Positions 48,110-59,232 of a stretch of DNA of 64,000 nucleotides are shown here, piece after piece. The translations under genes were made by a program, and so were the position numbers. How positions within the stretch are numbered: the stretch's first letter is position 1; each line of letters starts with the position of its first letter. Under the pieces are notes generated by a model, which saw only the letters and a program-made list of their open reading frames with translations, had not been told where the DNA came from and ran no database searches. Origin of the DNA: Haliotis rufescens. Its lineage: Eukaryota. The stretch spans positions 27,590,001 through 27,654,000 of the forward strand of contig NW_025963813.1 in NCBI RefSeq assembly GCF_023055435.1, written 5' to 3'.

Positions 48110-48965
48110 TAAAGAATAGGCTCTCCTTCTTTCAAAACCAAACGACTAATGTTATATGTCTTAAGAGACCAAATCGGATCGGTTGCGCGACGTAGGCCTC
48201 CTTCGAGTTCACCGGGTTGGTATAAATATCTTACACTTACTCTATCCGGAAGTTTTTGTTCTTTGCCTCTCCTCGGTGCTGAATATTAGGAAGTCACGGA
48301 TTTCATTTTAATCGCATCGGATGGTTTCTTCCCGATTAATCTTGTTACTTCACTATTCAGCGCTGATACAACAGCTGATAAACGTGTCACCCATTCGGTT
48401 GATCTCAATCGCTCCGATTTCATTTTGATCCCATACTGATAGCCAAACAAACGTTCCGCTAATATCCGGTTAAATCTTTCAACGATAGCTTGACTACGGT
48501 GGGCCTCTTTTTCACCATGCCTGATTTTGACAGTTTAGTTATTGATCCCATAAACTCACGACCAGGATCTACTTGAAATAGCTTAGGCCATTTTAGTGGT
48601 CCACGTTTATATATGCGACTCAGTGCATTAGCTACTTCTGTTGAATCTTTCGAGGTTAATGGCTCAGCCTCTTTGTATCGACTAGCCACACCCACTACGG
48701 TTAAAGCGTATTTATATGTTTTGTGTCTTATCTTATCATGGGGAAGAAACAAGAGATCAGCCTGATGAACTTCATTTGTTGTAAAAATATCAAACTTCTT
48801 TTTTCGGTATATAACGAGGTGCCGGTAAGTATATTTGCCACATCGCTTGTTTCTTTAACCAATCCTTGGCCACATCTTTAGATACCTTAGCTGCGGTGGC
48901 TAATTTTTTTAATGCTCCTATACCTTTCCAATATCCTCCTGGTCTCTAGTAAATTTTATCAATTA
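48028..48965 (-). pseudogene. Retroviral-like (rve) integrase of the Polinton
   Basis: HQADLLFL, YKYALTVV(D>G)VASRYK, QVDPGREF, QAIVERFNR; convergent with polB, next to the right TIR. Confidence 0.92.
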
Positions 48966-49599
48966 TTAATTAATATTGATGTTTCTTTTAATACGACTCA
49001 TGACGATCGTTGAATCGCATCATCATTTTTGCATAAAAAAAATCCCTCTATAGTGGTGGTATAGGTATATAAATCTGGCTCCAGTTGAAGTGAGCCAGAA
49101 TCACCATTACCTATACTACTGGAAGTGATAGGACGAGCAAGGGAGAGAGGGGGTGATATGGTGAGCAAGGGAGAGAGGGGGTGATATGGTGAGCAAGGGA
49201 GAGAGGGGGTGATATGGTGAGCAAGGGAGAGAGGGGGTACTAGGATGGGCAAGAGAGCGGGAGAGGAAGTTACTTTGAATAATCAGCTTACCATGGCGTG
49301 CCTGCTTGATGTGGAAGTACTCTCGAAATGATACAGATCTAAGACTTTTAGCAATTAAGTGGAACTCACGGGTTAGATGTTGACAAACCTTGAATATTGT
49401 TCAGGGCAAAATACCAACTGTACACAGCGAGTTAATACCCTCAAACAACTGGATCTACATTGTGTTTAGGCGACTATTCACGTCCTAGTTTTGATAACGT
49501 TTGTGATTATTTTATCAAATCAAGGTGCTGAGTGTTTCTCGTTTAATAAGGCTATGCAAAGCGATCCATAGGGCGAAAAAAAGGTATTTCACAACTCTT

Positions 49600-49910
49600 T
49601 CTAACCACGACACAGGATCGTTGTTTTCACAAGTCTCGTCATCAGAGAGATCTTCATGAAGCCTGCTTCTAATACTGAGGTATCGTCGTGCAGTTCCCTG
49701 GCTCTTTCAGGCAGTGGGCATGGAGGCCGTAGACATTTGACTTGTGTGGCCTTTGTCCTGTGACCAAGGGAGCAAATAACTTGATGGACATTTCCTGGCA
49801 ATTCCTAGCTAGGGTGTTCAGATTAGATGCATTAATCTGAGTTTCAGTACACATCTACACTTGTAGGTCAGGTCTCATGTAATCAGTAGCAAGAAATAGT
49901 TCTTCCTGCA
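49600..49910 (-). pseudogene. Ancient sulfatase 5' relic, head-to-head with copy 4
   Basis: Across frames: TDYMRPDL, INASNLNTLAR, VHQVICS, LVTGQRP..NVYGL, GNCTTIPQY, NDPVSW, colinear with the N-terminal third of the intact genes. Confidence 0.75.
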
Positions 49911-50097
49911 GTGACATTGTACAGTCAGTTGTATATCAACTGTAGTGTAGCACATTTGTGTGTCTTTATAGCGAATATGTTTTGTCATTAGCACATAACA
50001 TGCATACCAACTGATAAGACTCTGCTGCGACGTTCACAGGCCAGAAGATACATAAAACCCTTCTTGTCAGCTTGAACCCAGTGTAATTTTAGATGTT

Positions 50098-51482
50098 ATG
50101 ATGTTGAGGGTGACTCTCCTGCTGCTGGCAGTGACTGCCGCCCTGGCGTGCATGAATGTGCTGTTTTTGGTGTCAGAAGACATGAGGCCTGAACTCTGTT
50201 TAATATGGAAAAGACTTCCCGAGTCCTGTCCATCCTCCGATACATTCACCCAACCTTGACGCCCTGGCACAAAGGAGTCTTCTGTTAAAGAGAGCCCATG
50301 TTCAGCAGGCTGTGTGTTCCCCAAGCAGATCATCTCTCCTCACAGTGTATGATTTGCAGGTTTACTGGAGAGTTGTGGGAGGGAACTTCACCACCATCCC
50401 TCAGTACTTTAAGGAGAACGGCTACAGAACCATTGGTTCCGGTAAGATATTTCACCCCGGACATGCCTCCAATTACAATGACCCCATATCCTGGACAGAC
50501 CCATATTTTGAGTCCGGAAAAGAAGAACAACTCACTTCGAGACACCCAGAATGCTGACTTTGCAATTAGAGAGGCTGCCCCTCAAGCAAGATCTGGAGAA
50601 CGTCCTTTCTTCATCGCCCAAGGACTCCATAAGCCCCATCTTCCCTTTGTGGCAACAATGAGGTTCTTTGACATGTACCCCGAGTCGTCTATCAGTCCCC
50701 CAGCTAACCCATATGCTCCTGATAAGATGCCAGAAATTGCATGGTATATTTATACAGAGCTCGGAAAATACGATGACATTGAGAAATTACATGTTTCTGG
50801 AGACATTAACTCCACCCTCCCTAACGATGTTATTCTCAGCATGAGAAGAGCCTACTACAGTGCCCTCAGCTACACCGACTACGAGCTGGGACGAGTGGTC
50901 AAGGAACTGGAGAACCAAGGACTAGCCAACAACACAATCATCTCCTTCTGGGGCGATCACGGCTGGCAGCTTGGTGAACACGGTGAGTGGTGCAAACACA
51001 CAGACTTTGAAATCTCCACCCACGCCCCTATGATGGTACATGTGCCGGGTCTCACTGACAATGGCATCGTGACGGAAGAACTCACTGAGTTTGTGGATAT
51101 GTTTTCAACTCTAGTAGAAGCTGCAGGTCTTCCTGCGCTTGTCCTGTGCCCAGAAAACTCTTCCAACGTTCTAGTCTGTTCCGAAGGCAACAGCTTGGTT
51201 CCTCTGATGAAAGATCCAGCAAGTCCTAACTGGAAGAAAACAGTCTTCTCACAGTACCCAAGGACCACAGCTAAATACAGATACACCGAGTGGGTGAAGT
51301 TCGACATGAAACCTCTCTATAAGCCGGACTGGAACAAGGTTTATTGTGTTGAGCTGTACGATCATATTAAGGACCCTGAGGAAAACTATAACCTGGCTTA
51401 TAATTCTGCTGAAAAGAAACTTGTATCTGAACTACGGAAAGAGCTGCATGCTGGATGGAGGGCTGCCAGACCAAGGACATGA
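50098..51482 (+). pseudogene. IDS-like sulfatase copy 4 (deletions and frameshifts)
   Basis: 5' part and upstream flank match copy 3; lacks GRRPDTTH and the segment after YPR; several frameshifts. Confidence 0.92.
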
Positions 51483-51899
51483 TAGTATTGGGTGAAATAT
51501 TTATTGATTAAGAGTTTCCATCTTTAAAGACCTTGGTTTCACCACGAACCCAAATTTTATTTAAAGTATTTTTACTTCCCGACAGGTGTTTAACTTTTTC
51601 TATAATGACCAAATACCATTTTGAATAAACTGCCGTGCAAAAAAAAGTATTCACCCATGTTTTATGGTGGCTAAAAATGAACCAAACAAGAAATGGTTAT
51701 TCGATGGTGATGTTTTTGATACGGGGACTTTACGTTGGTAATGGTTCGGCGACTGTTCTAAGCCGAGTAAGGTTTTGATAACGTTTGGTCTTTTCTGAGA
51801 CGTCCCCTTACATCGTTTGAGGTACAATCGAGTATCGTTCTAAGGATTAATCGATTGTATTACAGCGTTGTTTGATCAGGGTTACATCATAAGAGTTCA

Positions 51900-51990
51900 A
51901 TGAGTGAGTGAGTGAGTATCCATTTGGGGAATCGAATCCGGGTCTTCGGCATGCCGAGTGAACACTTTAACCACTAGGATATCCCACCGC
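51900..51990 (-). mobile_element. Truncated SINE family B
   Basis: Reverse complement of CCTAGTGGTTAAAGTGTTCACTCG..GAAGACCCGGATTCGATTCCCC joined to (ACTC)n. Confidence 0.7.
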
Positions 51991-52399
51991 CTCCGGGCAA
52001 ATATTGTGAACATCCTTCGTTCATTTAGACGGCTCAAACGACAAGCATGGCTTGGGACCAACACGGACCTGGAATGCCCGCAGTGAGTGGATGTAATACA
52101 GGTCTCATTCGTCACAATGTGGTTGTCAATCCGAAAGGGTGCGAAAAGCTGCAGCATTGCTGATGCAGCCTTAAATAATGACATCCCACGTCTTGCATGG
52201 CACATTGTTGTACCGAGTGTTCTAAGAGGGGTTTAAAACTCAATCACTCGTTCACTGTATTGGCACTATAAAACTGGATAAAGTCCGGACGAGTACAAGC
52301 ACGTCGCTATGTAAGTGCAATGATCTTGAATGCGACGCTTAACCCCATTTAATCTCGACTGGACGCATTTTCATTTCAAACGATGTACATTATTATTTT

Positions 52400-52700
52400 A
52401 TTATCATTGAAGAGATTTGCGTCATACGACTCTTGTTCATAAGCTGTTTGATCAAGGTTTCAATATTCAAGGCCTCAGTAAAGCACTCAAATGGTTTTAT
52501 TGTATACACGTGGATGACATTTCCAAATTTGACTCATCTCATCATTATTCCCCTTTTGACCGTATGTTCCCATGTATTTTCTTCCCGTGTATTTTCTTCC
52601 CGTGAATAATTGACTTGGGTTTGCATGTGTTTGTGATGGGTGCCACCAACGGGGCAGGATACGCTCACCTTTTCGCGAACACTTGGTATCATCACAATTT
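52400..52700 (+). mobile_element. Possible 3' relic of a Penelope-like retroelement
   Basis: LRHTTLVHKLFDQGF..LSKALKWFY resembles PLE RT C-termini as I recall them; downstream GCAGGA..GCTCACC.TT..CGAACAC block also occurs at ~22187, 25356, 27820. Confidence 0.4.
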
Positions 52701-53461
52701 GAAGTGATACATAAACACATACTCATGGTATAGTCGGGGGCGTTCATTTGAACACTTTTTAGTTACTGATTCTCGCGCGTGTCGGGTAAATATGGTAGGT
52801 ATGCACAAAACAGCATAAAGGACAAAGGCGTTTCAACTAGAATGAAACTAGGGAGCAAATGTAAGTGTCTGACAGTGTCTGACAGGAGATTCGAATAATA
52901 AATTCTGGTTCGCCTAACGTACTGTAGCTTCAAAGATAGGTGCTGACAGACAAAGTCAGAGAATCCTGGACAAGCTAAGGGACGCAACACTGCACATTGA
53001 CTTGCTCCTACACCACCATAAGCTATCTGTGCCCTCTCGCCATACTGTAACAAATAGCAATTTCATTTGCCCGAGACTCGATATTCCAAACAAGATATTT
53101 TTTATACACGAAACGTTAACGCAAGAGAAAAAAAACCAGTATAGATTATCTGATGAAAAAGACTCCATTGGGCGCAAAAGGCCACAAAGTGGCGAAAATT
53201 ATATGAATGGATCACTGAAAATCAGTGATGACACCAGGTGTCCACGAAAAAAGAAAGCATGTCCTTCCCTACCGGTAACACCCACAATAATTTTAATAAA
53301 AAAAGTACGTGCATACAGAAATCTATAGAAAAACTGGATTGTCGGGATAGCTTTAATATAACCGAGAGTGGCGTTGAATAACAAACAATTGATTTATAAC
53401 ACACATCACCAGGTAGTCAGATTGAAGCATTGGTGGATATACCATCTTTTTGTTGCCCTTC

Positions 53462-54031
53462 CTACTTGGGTCTAGCTGCCCTCCAGCCACCATGTAGTTG
53501 TTTGCTGAGTCGAGCCACTAGGGCGCTGTAGGCGGAATCATAAGCCAGGTTCTTGTTTTCTTGAGGATCCTGATAATGGTCATACAGTTCCACACCGAAC
53601 ACTTTGGTCCAGTCTGGCCTGTACAGGGGTTGTGGGTTGAATTTGACCCACTCTGTGTATCTGTAGTGATCGGTGGTCAGCTGTAACCCATTTGATCACC
53701 GTTGCTTTCATTCCTAGGGTACTGGGAGAACACAGCCTTCTTTCAGTTGGGACTTGCTGGGTTTGTTATTAGAGGTATCAAACTTTTGCCTTCGGTGCAA
53801 AGAAGGGCATTGGTAGAGTTTTCTGGACACAGGTCAAGCGCAGGAAGACCTGCAGCTTCTACTAGAGTTGGAAACATATCCACAAACTCGGTGAGGTCTT
53901 CCGTCATGATACCGTTGTCAGTGAGACCCGGCACATGTACCATCATAGGGGCGTGGGTGGCGATTTCAAAGTCCGTATGTTTGCACCACTCACCGTGTTC
54001 ACCAAGCTGCCAGCTGTGATCGCCCCAGAAG
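53462..54031 (-). pseudogene. Inverted 3' fragment of a copy-3-type sulfatase
   Basis: Close match to 27057-27626 plus 3' flank; nonsense change in NW>N*; 5' part missing. Confidence 0.92.
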
Positions 54032-54499
54032 ATGCATAGTATTTTGTGTCACTAAAAGGTAGTGAATTTTATTAGGTTAATTCATTTATAATGTCATTAT
54101 TATTATTTGCATTTATGCACCATTCGATCAAAATAGTTATTATTTTATATTTATTTGTATTTCAGTCAATCTGAAAATAACTAGATTCTAGTTAAGAAAA
54201 GAAAGACATTTATCTAAAAGGATAAGAAAAGAATGTAAAGAAAAGAAAGAATGCAAAACAGGAAAGAATAAAGAAATCAAAACTAGAAAGAAAGACTTCA
54301 AGTTATTACAGAGTTTGATGAACTGTAAAAGACCCCCAAGATGTTGATGCAATTGATACTGTGTATTCAATTCACTTGTTGTCTATCATGGAAAATGTCA
54401 AATGCATACAGTCATAAATGGCTGTCAGTGTATATGACTGGGGGTACCAAGAGTAAGTTTTAGTGACATAGGCTGTGGCCACTAAGTTGGTAGAAACAT

Positions 54500-55745
54500 C
54501 AGCGAACACTAAGGTGGCATTGGGGCGACGTCATCAATACCGCGGATGACCTGCCCTGGTAAGGATGCACGCCTCAAAGCACAGTCTCATGGAAGACGTC
54601 AAACGTCTGATGTTGCCAGACATCCTGAAAGGTCCTGTAAGTTGTTTGGATGGTTGGGTCGTCTCCTTAGCTCCCTACCCAGATGATCCCACAATTGCAA
54701 GTGCTCGACGCAGGACGTGTATGGGGAATGTAAAGAAAGTCCTGCGTGAACCGGGATGTGTGTGGTCGGGCATTGTCCTTGTGCAGCAGGATCCCTCTTG
54801 GTTGTTGCTGCAGAAATGGCACCGCTACTCGTCTCAGGACTTCGTCAGCGTACTGTTGTGCATTGAGGTTGTCATGGATAACAGCGAGCGGTGTCTTCTG
54901 GTCGTCACAGCCCCCTACACCATGAGACCATGAGACCACGACCTCCATGGGCACGGACATCTTGTACACAACCAGGAGCCATTCTTTTCCCCCTACGGCG
55001 ATACATACGGACCCTCCCGTCTGCATTGAATAGGTTGAACCTGCTCTTATCGGTGAACAAGACCCGTTGCCATTTGCGCTGTTGCCAAAGTGGTACACGT
55101 CGTACACGCCGAGCCCACCGTTGTTTGTCTTGGGGATGTTGTGGACAACACACCATCCCATGGAGTGATCTGTATGCCCTGATGCCAACAGCATGCAGTC
55201 ATCTTCTCACTGTGTGGCGGATGACACGGTGACCCAACGCCGTTGCTGTCGATTCCATGACTGTCAGGAAAGGTTGCGTAGATGCAAGGTTCGCAGATAT
55301 CTATTTTCTGATGGGGTGAACTGCCGCTGGAATATTGCTGAGTGCGGCGTTAAACAACTAACGATCAAACAATCTAATTGAGTGGTTACACGTGGTCTGC
55401 CATTCCAAGGCCTGTCGGTGGTGTCGAGTCCCCACCATGACCATACCAATGGCCCTCTCTCTCTTTTCTGCATTGGAACGTGGCATTGTTCGGTAAGTTT
55501 TTGGTTCATGTGATTGTGAATTTTATACATGTACCTGCACAGATGCAGCACCGAAAAACCTGTTTACAGTAATTTTTGTCACAGCACGTGCATCGACACC
55601 TGCATGGTCTTGGTTCTTCGGAAACGAGTGTGCTGCGTTTAGGGCAATTGTTTGTAGCATGTTACAAAGATTTGAACGCATGCATTGTTTATATTATTCA
55701 AAATGTTAAAATGTAAATTTTCTTTTGATCTTCAGTTTATGTATA
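54500..55745 (-). mobile_element. Tc1/mariner relic
   Basis: WQRVLFTDKSRFNL..DGRVRMYRR, GGRGLMV, HKDNARPHT; TIR-like end AAACTGAAGATCAAAAGAAA on the minus strand at ~55718-55737. Confidence 0.85.
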
Positions 55746-55822
55746 AACTTGGAATTTTTGAATTGGTTAAGAGAGCAATCTCATTAAAATCAGATCGAAG
55801 TTCTCGCTGCCGCTAATAAAAA

Positions 55823-56291
55823 ATGCAGCTCTTTCCGTAGTTCAGATACAAGTTTCTTTTCAGCAGAATTATAAGCCAGGTTATAGTTTTCCTCAGGGTC
55901 CTTAATATGATCGTACAGCTCAACACAATAAACCTTGTTCCAATCCGGCTTATAGAGAGGTTTCATGTCGAACTTCACCCACTCGGTGTATCTGTATTTA
56001 GCTGTGGTCATGCTATAGCCCATCTGGTGACCGTTATCGGCAGACCTTGGGTACTGTGAGAAGACTGTTTTCTTCCAGTTAGGACTTGCTGGATCTTTCA
56101 TCAGAGGAACCAAGCTGTTGCCTTCGGAACAGACTAGAACGTTGGTAGAGTTTTCTGGACACAGGTCAAGAACAGGAAGACCTGCAGCTTCTACTAGAGT
56201 TGGAAACATATCCACAAACTCAGTGAGTTCTTCCGTCACGATGCCGTTGTCAATGAGACCCAGCACATGTACCATCATAGGGGCGTGGGTG
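55823..56291 (-). pseudogene. Inverted 3' fragment of a copy-4-type sulfatase
   Basis: THAPMMVHV...YPRSADNGHQMGYSMTTAKYRYTEW...KELH; retains the segment deleted in copy 4; truncated at both ends. Confidence 0.92.
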
Positions 56292-57352
56292 GAGGAAAAG
56301 AGGAAGGGGAAAAACCAGGGGGCGAGGGAAGAGAGATCCAGGGGAAGAGGATGGGAGAGATCCAGGGGAAGAGGGAGGGAGAGAACCAGGGGGCGAGGGA
56401 AGAGAGATCAAGAGGAAGAGGGAGGGAGAGAACTAGTGGGCGAGGGAAGAGAGATCCAGGGGGCGAAGGAGGGAGAGATCCAGGGGAAGAGGGAGGCAGA
56501 GATCCAGGGGAAGAGGGAAGGAGAGATTCAGGGAAAGAGGGAGGGAGAGATCTAGGGGTACAAGGAGGGAGAGATCCAGGGCAAGAGGGAGGGAGACATC
56601 CAGGGTGCGAGGCAGGGTGAGATCCAGGGGAAGAGGGAGGGAGAGATCCAGGGTGCGAGGCAGGGTGAGATCCAGGGGGCGAGGGTAGGACAGATCCAGG
56701 GGGCGAGGGAAGGACAGATCCAGGGTGCGAGGCAGGGTGAGATTCAGGTGGCGAGGGAGGAGAGATCCAGGGAAAGAGGGAGGAGGGATCCAGGGGAAGA
56801 GGGAAGGAGAGATCCAGGGGAAGAAGGAAGGGAGGGAGAGATCCAGGGTGCGAGGCAGGGTGAGATCCAGGGGGCAAGGGTAGGACAGATCCAGGGTGCA
56901 ATGGAGGAGAGATCCAGGTGGCGAGAGAGGAGAGATCCAGGGGGCGAGGGAGGAGAGATCCAGGTGGCGAGAGAGGAGAGATCCAGGGGAAGAGGGAGGA
57001 GGGATCCAGGGGAAGAGGGAAGGAGAGATCCAGGGGGCGAGGCAGGGTGAGATCCAGGTGAAGAGGGAGGAAGAGATCCAGGGGCGAGGGAGGGAAAGAT
57101 CCAGGGAAAGAGGGAGAGATCCAAGGGGCGAGGGAAGGAGAGATCCAGGGGAAGAGGGAAGGCCAGATCCAGGGGGCGAGGGAGGAGAGATCCAGGGGAA
57201 CAGGGAAGGAAGGAGAGATCCAGGGGGCGAGGGGCGTTAGATCCAGGGGTCAAAGGAGGGAGAGGTCCAGGAGAAGAGGGAGGAAAGATCCAGGGGTCAA
57301 AGGAGGGAGAGATCAAGGAAAAGAGGGAGGGAGAGATCCAGGGGGCGGGGGA
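56292..57352. repeat. GA-rich ~22-24-bp minisatellite
   Basis: Units GAGATCCAGGGG(A/GC)GAGGG(A)GG. Confidence 0.95.
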
Positions 57353-57499
57353 GGACGCTAACAAAACAGTATCATCTTGAAATAGGAATGCGAACAAAAC
57401 AACGTAGAGATATTACAGACCATTAAGTGACTAAGATTGAATAAAACACTTGGGCAGTTTTGAGAAAATAAAAAAATGTTCCAGATCATTTAGAAACAA

Positions 57500-58720
57500 C
57501 GAAAACAACATTGGAGACAAATTTTCTCATTGGCGGAGAGCAATAAGACAAGGGGGTTGTTCTGAATATGAACCTTTTGTACACACATATGATTTAATGC
57601 ACTCGTACCTATTGACAATAATACGAATAACTTTCCCATCAATATCTTGTGCTAATATTATTTTCCATAAACCTATACGGCAATCATTGTCAAAAGCATT
57701 TTTAAAATCAACGAAACCATAAAACATTTCTTTCTTTCTATTTTTTAGTAAAAATGTAAAAATATGATCATTTGAAGAGTAGCCATGTCTTAAACCCGCT
57801 TTTGATTCTGACAGAATGGTATTACTTTCAGCATAATCATTTAATCTTTTATTAAGAACTGAGGGGGACGGGTGGCCCAGTCGTTTAAGGCGCCGCGATT
57901 CGCTTTGCAGAGTTGCGTCCCTTGGGCACGCCAGAAACCTATGATTGTGAGTTCGAATCCCGGTTCGCCCCGGTTATGTTTCTCGGTTTGTCAGGACCAT
58001 AGCCGTGCTCGTGAGTTTCACCGAAGTGGAAAAGACTTCGGGCTTTCCTTCCACATGAAGCTGACACGCAGTGATATAACTGGAATACTATTAAAAGCGG
58101 TGTTAAACCCAACTCACTATTAAGAACTGAGGTAAACAATAAGATTTAGGGGCCGGAAGTTTCCAGTGTCATCAGTACTGGAAGTGTCAACGGACGGATA
58201 ATTCCGTTTAACCATTGTTCGGGTAACACCCCTGTAGCAAATATTTGATTACATAGTCTGGTTATACAAGGGTAAAAATGTTGGCACTACTGATTTTATA
58301 TATTCATTGCCTTGTTATTCTTTAGTAGTTTAATGGCGCATTCAATTTCTTGTTCGCTTAAATCAGTGTTAGAAAATATCGTTACAAATATTGACGTCAA
58401 AATTAACATTAAGATCAGTCAAATCATCAGGGATAGAGTCTACGTTATCTGCATTTTTTTTTTTTTTTTATAACAGTCAAAAAGTTTATCGATGGGTGGC
58501 AAATTTGCGTGATTATCTTTCTGATGAAGCATTTTCCAAAATGAGCGGGTGTCATTTATATGTAAATTAGAAATATTGTTTTGCATTTTGAAGTGATAAC
58601 TGTTTTTTTTATGACGTCAACTACTGTTTAATAGTTACGTTTTGTTTTGCAAATTTTTATGTTTATTAAAATCCCGTTTTGCCTGGTGATACCATCCCCT
58701 ACTGATCTTAATTTATACAG
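57500..58720 (-). mobile_element. Non-LTR retrotransposon reverse transcriptase relic
   Basis: EIECAIKLLKNNKA, PLYNQ, QKAGLRHGYSSNDHIF, FVDFKNAFD motifs; interrupted by a SINE. Confidence 0.75.
57863..58117 (+). mobile_element. SINE family C with 15-bp TSD
   Basis: TATTAAGAACTGAGG on both sides (57850-64, 58118-32); A box GGTGGCCCAGTCG, B box AGTTCGAATCC; tail shared with family B. Confidence 0.88.
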
Positions 58721-59232
58721 TGGCATCCGAACCAGGTTTTAAATCTATTACATCCGGGTGTACGCCGGCGGATACCATGATTGACACGCGCCAGGCCAAA
58801 TGCTGATTATTCTGTGAGTAGGATAATGTTGTTAATATTATGTACAATAAGGTTTACATAGTAATTACAAATATCACCAGGCACCAAGGAATCACTGTGA
58901 GGCATCATACAAGAAATGTCACTGTTTTTAATTGATTGTAAAAAATCGTCAGCGTGCCTCTTATCCCAGCGTCTCGGGATGCACGGGGAGTCACTGTTTT
59001 CAATTTCATAGTCTGACTGACAGATGTCTGTTGTTGAATGGGTTTGACCTGTGATATTGTTTACATTTGTTGATTCACATTTTAAAAGCAGTAGTATAGG
59101 TAATGATGGTTCTGGACCACTTCCACTGGAGCCAGATTCATATACCTATACTGCTATTACAGGGGAATTTTTATGCCAAAATGATTATGCGATTCAACGA
59201 TAGTCATGATATTAAGTTAAATTGGCTCTAGC

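Larger units (their letters stand above)
32137..49120. mobile_element. Polinton/Maverick-type endogenous virus, copy 1 (both TIRs, genes pseudogenised)
   Basis: ~120-bp TIRs AGTAGTATA.GTAATGGTGATTCTGGCTCAC...CAACGATCGTCAT (32137-32256, inverted at 49000-49120); apparent 5-bp TSD GGAGG/GGAAG; pPolB, integrase, ATPase and capsid-like genes. Confidence 0.93.

Noticed and set aside
51628-51657. Tc1-like TIR (CTGCCGTGCAAAA..AGTATTCACCC)
   Set aside because: No partner TIR or linked transposase could be assigned with confidence.
56118-57397. Pro/Ser-rich and Gly/Glu/Arg-rich ORFs
   Set aside because: Translations of the GA minisatellite.
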